Shown: positions 27,241 through 33,251 of the stretch, piece after piece
Numbering within the stretch: position 1 is the stretch's first letter
Layout of the letters: each line of letters starts with the position of its first letter
NCBI GenBank assembly: GCA_964510165.1
Contig: CAZEBC010000023.1
Span: 1-33,251 of the forward strand
Direction of reading: 5' to 3'
DNA: 33,251 nt
Source of the DNA: an uncultured bacterium
Lineage (GTDB): Bacteria > Abyssobacteria > SURF-5
Made by a program: the position numbers and the translations under genes
Notes under the pieces: model-generated
What the model saw: only the letters and a program-made list of their open reading frames with translations
Told to the model about the DNA's origin: nothing
The model's database searches: none

Positions 27241-27978
27241 GTGAATCTGAGGCGAACCGAATACCCGGCAATGGACCAAGAGAACCTTGATCTCCTCAGG
27301 GAGATCGACATATTCAGCCAGCTCAGCGACAAGGACCTTCGTCAGTTGGCGCCCTATGTTTCATTGCATCGGTTCTCGGAACGACAAATAATCTACATGC
27401 CGTCCGACCCGCGTTCCAGACTGTACGCCATCCTGAGCGGACGGGTCAAACTGACGCAGGTCTCGCCCGAAGGCAAGGAATTGGTGCTTGCCGTGCTGGG
27501 TAAGGGTGATGTCTTCGGAGAACTGTGCCTCTTCGAGCAGGGGCCTCAGAGCGCGCTTGTCACGGCCATCGAGGACTCCGAGGTTTTCGCCGTCAGATGC
27601 GCCGACCTGGCCAAATTCATGGCCGAAGACCCCGCGCTCATCGCCGCTCTCGGCAAGCACGTGGGCGAGCGGATACGCTCGCTCGAACAGAAATTGTCCG
27701 ATATGGTGTTCAAGGATGTCTCGCAAAGGCTCGCGAGCTTGATTGTTGATTTTGCGCGGGAGCATGGGGAGAAAACGCCCTCGGGCGAACATGTGATCGA
27801 GATGAAGATAACTCATCAGGACCTCGCCGGACTCATCGGCTCGACACGCGAAACGACGACCATCACCCTCAACCATTTCAGGGACGTGGGCTTGATAGAT
27901 TTCCAAAGGGGCCGCATAGTCGTCCGCGACCTGAAAGGGCTTGAAGCGGCCGCAAACAGGCGCACCAAGAAGTCGTAG
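27241..27978 (+). CDS. Crp/Fnr family transcriptional regulator
   Basis: cNMP-like beta-roll (GDVFGE) and C-terminal HTH THQDLAGLIGSTRETTT; alternative ATG start at 27271. Confidence 0.9.
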   Translation: MNLRRTEYPAMDQENLDLLREIDIFSQLSDKDLRQLAPYVSLHRFSERQIIYMPSDPRSRLYAILSGRVKLTQVSPEGKELVLAVLGKGDVFGELCLFEQGPQSALVTAIEDSEVFAVRCADLAKFMAEDPALIAALGKHVGERIRSLEQKLSDMVFKDVSQRLASLIVDFAREHGEKTPSGEHVIEMKITHQDLAGLIGSTRETTTITLNHFRDVGLIDFQRGRIVVRDLKGLEAAANRRTKKS

Positions 27979-27992
27979 GGAGAGCGAAAAGG

Positions 27993-28628
27993 TTGAAACG
28001 ACCCGTTGAAAACAAGTACGAACCCGCGCTCGAGTTGGCATGGGACAAGCTGGCAGAGGCCGACCTGTCGAAGACGGCATCGGACGGGTTGCTCCATCTC
28101 GACTCCACTGGCCGCATAATCGTGCCCTTTCTGGCCGACCGCTACATTGTGGATGTCGGCGCGCGCAAAGTCTTCTTCGAATCGGGACCGGAATTGTATC
28201 CTTTCCTCACGGTCTTGATTCTTCATTACCTTGTCGGCGTTGATGAACGCCCTCTTGCCGGCGAATGGATATCGTTTCGCGAGTTTGAGGGAGGCGATGT
28301 CTACATCGCCGCCTTCACCAACAGAACGCTCATTCCGCTCAAGAATGCGTTCGGCGAGCGGCCCGAACTGCTCGTTCCGGCAGCGCAGCCGCTGGGAGCC
28401 GAGCGGCTCGATTTCGGAGACGTCGGCCTCAGTGTGCCGGTCTTTCCCAAGGTCCCTCTGGCGGTTATTGTATGGCGGGGTGACGATGAGTTCCCGCCCG
28501 AGGCGAACGTGCTGTTCGACAAGACCGCCAATTCGATCCTCGATACCGAGGACCTTGCCATCTGCGGCGCGTTCACCGTGAGCAAGTTGCGCAAGATCGC
28601 CGAGAAACTTCAAAAGGGAAATCTGTGA
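27993..28628 (+). CDS. DUF3786-like protein
   Basis: LILHYL, GEWISFREFEGG, FPKVP...WRGDDEFPPEANVLFD...EDL pattern recalled for this family; TTG start. Confidence 0.7.
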   Translation: MKRPVENKYEPALELAWDKLAEADLSKTASDGLLHLDSTGRIIVPFLADRYIVDVGARKVFFESGPELYPFLTVLILHYLVGVDERPLAGEWISFREFEGGDVYIAAFTNRTLIPLKNAFGERPELLVPAAQPLGAERLDFGDVGLSVPVFPKVPLAVIVWRGDDEFPPEANVLFDKTANSILDTEDLAICGAFTVSKLRKIAEKLQKGNL

Positions 28629-28632
28629 TGGC

Positions 28633-28650
28633 GTCACGCCGCGGCGTGAC
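28633..28650. repeat. Perfect 18-bp palindrome after the DUF3786-like gene
   Basis: GTCACGCCGCGGCGTGAC. Confidence 0.6.
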
Positions 28651-28680
28651 TGCGTCCCACAACGGGACCTCGACAAACAA

Positions 28681-28762
28681 TGTAAGGGCGCATGGCGTGC
28701 ACCCTCATAGCGCGGAGCAGCCGCAGCCAATTTCGTTGTAGGGGCGCAGCATACTGCGCCCG
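28681..28762 (+). repeat. Composite three-hairpin repeat, copy 1
   Basis: TGTAAGGGCGCA..CCCT, AGCGCGGAGCAGCCGCAGCCAA, TTCGTTGTAGGGGCGCAGCATACTGCGCCCG. Confidence 0.75.
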
Positions 28763-28773
28763 AAGGAGAACCA

Positions 28774-28998
28774 ATGACGCACGAGAAAGTCGAGAAATTC
28801 GGTAACGTTACCGGCAAGGAGACCATCCAAAACAAGGAACTTGAGGCGGCCATCCGCGGTCGCGCAAAGGACAACCGGATAACCTGCGCCGAGATGTTCG
28901 CCATCGCCGAGAAACTGAAACTGCCTCGCAAGCAGGTCGGCGACGCGGCCACCGCATTGAAAATCAAGATACACAATTGTCAGTTGGGCTGCTTCTAG
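28774..28998 (+). CDS. Small protein with ITC...CQLGCF motif; function unknown
   Basis: AAGGAG RBS; 74 aa; three Cys; ends IKIHNCQLGCF. Confidence 0.75.
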   Translation: MTHEKVEKFGNVTGKETIQNKELEAAIRGRAKDNRITCAEMFAIAEKLKLPRKQVGDAATALKIKIHNCQLGCF

Positions 28999-29007
28999 GT
29001 ATTACCG

Positions 29008-29054
29008 TCACCCCAACCCTCTCCCGGTGGGAGAGGGTTGGGTGAGGGGCTTTT
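29008..29054 (+). terminator. Strong stem-loop, probable terminator
   Basis: 14-bp stem CCCAACCCTCTCCC-ggt-GGGAGAGGGTTGGG with TTTT at 29051-29054. Confidence 0.55.
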
Positions 29055-29064
29055 CGTTGCGCGT

Positions 29065-29149
29065 TGTATGGGTGCACCGCGTACCCTCTCAAGCGCGGCT
29101 TAGCCGCAACCAAATTCGTTGTATGTAGGGGCGCAGCGTGCTGCGCCCG
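29065..29149 (+). repeat. Composite three-hairpin repeat, copy 2
   Basis: TGTATGGGTGCA..CCCT, AGCGCGGCTTAGCCGCAACCAA, TTCGTTGTATGTAGGGGCGCAGCGTGCTGCGCCCG. Confidence 0.75.
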
Positions 29150-29162
29150 TCGCTCGCCAACC

Positions 29163-29191
29163 TTGACTGTGCCGGAGCATTCGGATAGAAT
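29163..29191 (+). promoter_or_regulatory. sigma70-type promoter upstream of exeA
   Basis: TTGACT (29163-68), 17 bp, TAGAAT (29186-91). Confidence 0.65.
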
Positions 29192-29226
29192 GATTACAAT
29201 CGGGAGCGCAGAACACGGGACGAGCC

Positions 29227-31002
29227 ATGTACGAATCCTTCTTTGGTTTCAAGGAAAAGCCATTCAATATCACCCCGGACCCCAAGTACCTGTATCTCAG
29301 CGCCCGGCATCAGGAAGCCATCGCGCACCTACTCTACGGCATCCGCGAGAGGGGCGGTTTCGTGGCGGTTACCGGCGAGATAGGCACCGGCAAGACCACG
29401 CTCCTTCGATACCTGCTCAATCAGCTTGATGACCGCACCGAGGGCGCCGTTATATTCAATCCCAACCTCTCCGAGATCGAATTGCTGAAATCGATCAACG
29501 AGGATTTCGGCATTATCTCCACCGGCCAGACCAAGAAGGAGTTGATCGACGAGCTGAATCAGTTTCTTCTCGAGGAACGGCTGCGGGGCAAGAACATGGT
29601 GCTAATAATAGACGAGGCGCAAAACCTCACCCCCGCCGTCCTCGAACAGATACGGATGCTCTCAAACCTCGAGACCGAAAAGGAAAAGCTGATCCAGATA
29701 GTCCTCATTGGTCAGCCTGAACTCAAGAAACTGCTCGCCCGCCCCGAATTGAAACAGCTTGACCAACGCGTCACCGCGCGGTATCATCTCAACCCGTTAA
29801 GCCGGAAAGAGACCTACCAATACATCCGGCACCGGCTCGAAATCGCGGCCAACGGGCAAGCGGTCACGTTCGAGCCTGCCGCATTGAGAGAAATCTACAG
29901 TTTCTCCAGAGGGATACCTCGACTTATCAATGTCGTCTGCGACCGCGCCCTGCTCGGCGCATTTGCCGCCGAGCAGAGAGATTCCATATCGAAGCAGGTC
30001 GTCAGGCAGGCCATTCGCGAGGTCGCCGGGTCGAGGTTTTCTCTGTGGCAACGCCTTTCCTTCGACAGAACCTCCGTCAGGATATTCATGTATTCGTTCT
30101 CGGCTACGCTCGGGGCAGTCATGTGCTGGTACGCGATGACCACGTTTGCCTCGTTCCAAAAAGATGAACAGCTGGCGCAGGTGAGCCGCGCCGAGCTCAT
30201 CCCCGACCCTCCGCTCGCCCCAGCGACGGAAGCCGTACCCGCGCAAGTCGCCGACGCGCCGCCGGCGGAGCCGCTCCTGTCGGCAAGCATCACCTTGGCA
30301 CAGGGCGCGGAGGCAGTCTCCCCCCAAGGCTCCTCCTATACCGAGGAAGACAAGAAGGAGTTGATGAACCTGCTCCTGGCCAGAAGTCATGCCGAATCGC
30401 GCCTGGATGCAGTGCGGAATCTCTTGGCGCTGTGGGGAAAAAAGCCCGACCTGGGCGTCGAAGATGTCGAGAGTCTTTACAGTCTTGCGTTCTCCCAGGG
30501 AATGCGCTGCACTGAAATGTGGACCAATTTCGACGGACTTCGCCGGCTCAATGTTCCCTGCATGCTTGAGATGTTCGTCCCGCATGAGTTCCGACCGCGC
30601 TACGTTGTCCTGACCGGAGTGAGCGCCGACTCGGCCCGGATACTCTATGCCGACCAGCAGAACAGCGAAGAGCCTGTCCAGCTTCTTGACGAATTCTGGC
30701 TCAGACGCGCCTTCATTTTCTGGATTGATTTCGAGCTGGTGGGCGAGGTGATCAAGCCCGGCGACTCGGGCGCGCAGGTCAGCTGGCTCCAGACCAGTCT
30801 GCAGAACTTGGGCCTGTACACCGAGCCGGTAAACGGCAGATTCGACGAGGCGACCGAGGCGGCGGTCCGCAAGTTCCAGCAGGAGAACGACCTGTTACTG
30901 GATGGAATCGTCGGACCTAAGACGAAACTCGCGCTCTATGCCGGCCTCGAGCAATATTCAATGCCAAGGCTGGATGGGAAGCCATATGAGCATCATACTT
31001 GA
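29227..31002 (+). CDS. exeA: ExeA/GspA: AAA ATPase, transmembrane segment, periplasmic region with peptidoglycan-binding domain
   Basis: MYESFFGFKEKPFNITPDP, GEIGTGKTT, IIDEAQ, GQPEL, GIPRLINVVCDRAL; C-terminal VSWLQ..AVRKFQ..LDGIVGPKT. Confidence 0.9.
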   Translation: MYESFFGFKEKPFNITPDPKYLYLSARHQEAIAHLLYGIRERGGFVAVTGEIGTGKTTLLRYLLNQLDDRTEGAVIFNPNLSEIELLKSINEDFGIISTGQTKKELIDELNQFLLEERLRGKNMVLIIDEAQNLTPAVLEQIRMLSNLETEKEKLIQIVLIGQPELKKLLARPELKQLDQRVTARYHLNPLSRKETYQYIRHRLEIAANGQAVTFEPAALREIYSFSRGIPRLINVVCDRALLGAFAAEQRDSISKQVVRQAIREVAGSRFSLWQRLSFDRTSVRIFMYSFSATLGAVMCWYAMTTFASFQKDEQLAQVSRAELIPDPPLAPATEAVPAQVADAPPAEPLLSASITLAQGAEAVSPQGSSYTEEDKKELMNLLLARSHAESRLDAVRNLLALWGKKPDLGVEDVESLYSLAFSQGMRCTEMWTNFDGLRRLNVPCMLEMFVPHEFRPRYVVLTGVSADSARILYADQQNSEEPVQLLDEFWLRRAFIFWIDFELVGEVIKPGDSGAQVSWLQTSLQNLGLYTEPVNGRFDEATEAAVRKFQQENDLLLDGIVGPKTKLALYAGLEQYSMPRLDGKPYEHHT

Positions 31003-31912
31003 TGCCTTGAGGAAAATTCAGGATCAGAAGGCCGCGTGCCTCGAGCCTGCGGATGCAGGGACAGGCGAAGACCCGACTTCTGTTCCCGATACTGAGCAAA
31101 TTCCGACGCCCCAAGTGACCGCCGAGGCGGAGAAACCTCAGGCCGTCGCAAACGAGCGGGGTTCCACGACTCGCCGAAGGGCCGTTAAAGCCCAATCAGG
31201 CTCCCAAAGGTTCGCGGGAGCGCCGAAAATCCTGCTCGGGATCATACTGGTCGTCGGTGTGTTTACGACCGGCTGGTTTGTGAGCACCATTTACTTCAAT
31301 CTCAAGTCCACTCCCGCGCCGGTCGAGACGGACACAGAAATGGCTCTCGCCCGGACGCATGCAGCCGAGAATCCCGCCAACTTGGTCAACTCGCCAGAAG
31401 CGCCGCCCGCGGAAGTTGCTCCGGAACTTGCTCAGCCGGCGGCAGCCGCTCCGACTCCCTTGCCGGAGCCGCCTGTTGCAGAAGTTGTGCAGGTTGAAGA
31501 AGCGGTTCAGGGTCGCGAGGTTGTTGCCAAAGTCGTTCCCATAGCGGTTTCCGAGGCTGTCCCCATCGTTCCGATAGAAGATGAACGGCACATTCCCTCT
31601 CCCGAGGAACAAGCACCCGTCTCGATTCCAGAGCGTGGAACGACCTCAACGATTGCGGAACCTGTGAAAGAAACGCGACCTGCCCCACCAAAGATGTCGC
31701 CTGAATCCGAACTTCAGGTGCAGCCGGGAGAGAAGGGGAGGCCGGAGCTCAAGATCAATGCGATCGCCTGGAAATCAAAGGACCCGAAGGCAATCGTCAA
31801 TATGCAGCGCGTCTATGAGGGCGATGTTATCGAGGGCGCCAAAGTCCTCGTCATCCAGCGCCACGGCATCATCTTCGAATACGAAGGCGAACCCTTCGAG
31901 GTGCGGTTCTGA
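30986..31912 (+). CDS. exeB: ExeB/GspB-like bitopic membrane protein
   Basis: Overlaps the exeA end; MSIILDALRK N-terminus, one TM segment, Pro/Glu-rich linker, C-terminal LKINAIAW..AIVN..EGDVIEG. Confidence 0.78.
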   Translation: MSIILDALRKIQDQKAACLEPADAGTGEDPTSVPDTEQIPTPQVTAEAEKPQAVANERGSTTRRRAVKAQSGSQRFAGAPKILLGIILVVGVFTTGWFVSTIYFNLKSTPAPVETDTEMALARTHAAENPANLVNSPEAPPAEVAPELAQPAAAAPTPLPEPPVAEVVQVEEAVQGREVVAKVVPIAVSEAVPIVPIEDERHIPSPEEQAPVSIPERGTTSTIAEPVKETRPAPPKMSPESELQVQPGEKGRPELKINAIAWKSKDPKAIVNMQRVYEGDVIEGAKVLVIQRHGIIFEYEGEPFEVRF

Positions 31913-31936
31913 CACAGATTCCTCGCCTTCCATGAT

Positions 31937-33251
31937 ATGGATCCCGTCGGCAGCCTCAAGACGCGCACCGACCAGATGAGCCGGACCACGCAGTACACAT
32001 ATGATTCCGACAACCGGCTGTATCGGATAACGTATCCTGACGCGAGCACGGTGACATTTACCTACGAGCCGAATGGCATGCTCGCGTCCGCGCAGAGCGC
32101 CACCGGAACCGTGAGCTTCGGCTATGATGTAATCAATCGGCTTGAATCCACCAATGGCGCGCTCGGCGGAGCGATAGACAGCGCGGACCATCTCAGCTAC
32201 GAATACTATGAGGGCGGCCAGCGCCATTACATGACCACCGCGCTCGGACAGTTCACGTACACGCTCAACGCATGGAACGCGCTCGATACAATCACGAACC
32301 CGAACAATCTGGTGACGGAGTACACGTACAACCAGTACACAGGCAACCTCTCGCGCATTGACAACGCGAATGGGACATGGGCGGAGTTCGACTTTGACCG
32401 GCTCGACAGGCTGGACTATCTCGCGAACAAGAAAAGCGGCGGCACGATATCCAGCTTCGACTATCAGTACCACGACTCGAACCTGATCTCCCAGATCACG
32501 CTCGCGAACGGAGACTACACGCAGTACACATATGACAACCTGTACCGCCTTACGAACGAGCATGCGCTGTACAGCGGCGGCGCAAGCAAGTACACGAACA
32601 ATTTCGGGTATGACCTGGCGGATAACCGGGTGAGCCGTTCCGACGGCACGTCGGATTTGTACACGCTCAATGCGTTGAACCAGATCGTGAACATCTACTC
32701 CGTCGGTCAGCAGCAGAATCCGCACACGACGTTCACGTATGACCTGAACGGGAACACCGCCTCGATGACCGATACGGCCACGCAGGTCACGACCACATTT
32801 GAGTATGACTACGAGAACCGATTGGCGAAAATCAACTATCCGAGCGGATCGACGCAGTTCTCGTATGACGCCTTGGGGCGCAGGCTCAGGAAGATCGAGA
32901 AGGACACGCAGGGGCAGGTGACCAGTCTGCGGAACTGCGTGTACGACGGGCTGGACTTGCTGGCGGAGGTGTCGGCGACCGGGCAACTCCAAGTGGGCTT
33001 CACACACGGCCCGGGGATCGATGACCCCTTAATAGCCCGCTACAACAATGCGAACTATTATTACCACAAGAATCATCTTGGCAGCGTTACTCAGATAACG
33101 GACGCGAGCCGGAATGTGGTCAAGAGCTACGAATACGACGCCTACGGCAATATACTCAGCCAGCCGGGACCCACTCTCGACTTCGGCTTCACCTACACCG
33201 CGCGCGAGCTGCACTCGCGTTCGGGCTTATATTACTACCGTGCGCGGTTTT
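31937..33251 (+). CDS. Rhs/YD-repeat protein, N-terminally truncated, running off the window end (not in ORF track)
   Basis: Manual translation, no stop: MDPVGSLKTRTDQMSRTTQYTYDSDNRL...FSYDALGRR...YYYHKNHLGSVTQITD...YEYDAYGN...FTYTARELHSRSGLYYYRARF (RHS-associated core). Confidence 0.88.
   Translation, partial: MDPVGSLKTRTDQMSRTTQYTYDSDNRLYRITYPDASTVTFTYEPNGMLASAQSATGTVSFGYDVINRLESTNGALGGAIDSADHLSYEYYEGGQRHYMTTALGQFTYTLNAWNALDTITNPNNLVTEYTYNQYTGNLSRIDNANGTWAEFDFDRLDRLDYLANKKSGGTISSFDYQYHDSNLISQITLANGDYTQYTYDNLYRLTNEHALYSGGASKYTNNFGYDLADNRVSRSDGTSDLYTLNALNQIVNIYSVGQQQNPHTTFTYDLNGNTASMTDTATQVTTTFEYDYENRLAKINYPSGSTQFSYDALGRRLRKIEKDTQGQVTSLRNCVYDGLDLLAEVSATGQLQVGFTHGPGIDDPLIARYNNANYYYHKNHLGSVTQITDASRNVVKSYEYDAYGNILSQPGPTLDFGFTYTARELHSRSGLYYYRARF

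Noticed and set aside
27241-27978. CooA CO sensor
   Set aside because: No CooA-type Cys-x-His haem-ligand motif at the expected position; it has a CRP-like FGE cassette instead
28681-29149. CRISPR array or integron attC sites
   Set aside because: Only two diverged copies ~384 bp apart, no spacer periodicity, no cas or integrase gene, and no clear RYYYAAC...GTTRRRY ends
29064-29429. 121-aa + strand ORF overlapping the exeA start
   Set aside because: It runs through the repeat and the promoter and is out of frame with exeA; no RBS or motif support
31910-31950. SECIS-directed selenocysteine at the exeB TGA
   Set aside because: Only a short TCCAT-gat-ATGGA hairpin follows, there is no redox-motif context, and exeB appears complete at this stop
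31775-33007. 410-aa minus-strand ORF
   Set aside because: Antisense shadow of the + strand Rhs frame, which has clear YD and core motifs

Overview
GC-rich bacterial chromosomal window; every credible gene is on the + strand. Positions 240-19936 hold an almost complete Wood-Ljungdahl (acetyl-CoA) pathway supercluster: fhs-hdrC-hdrB-hdrA-mvhD-folD-metV-metF-cooS(acsA)-cooF-acsB-acsC-acsV-acsD-acsE. It is preceded by a strong sigma70-type promoter and a ~185-nt leader with four hairpins. Unusual features of the cluster are a two-module 1026-aa HdrA, folD placed between mvhD and metVF, a 24-Cys (six-cluster) CooF between cooS and acsB, and no cooC/acsF or formate dehydrogenase in the window. Downstream come ndk, an acyl-CoA dehydrogenase, an M20 peptidase, a short stand-alone PilB/GspE ATPase, a glycine-zipper lipoprotein with a Pro19 tract, mazG-ltaE-Crp/Fnr-DUF3786-like, a small CQLGCF protein flanked by composite direct repeats, and exeAB. 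The window ends in an N-terminally truncated Rhs/YD-repeat frame that the ORF track missed; it is in frame with the exeB stop codon. Several intergenic gaps contain GTAG-footed REP-like palindromes. All calls come from reading motifs by eye; no database searches were run.
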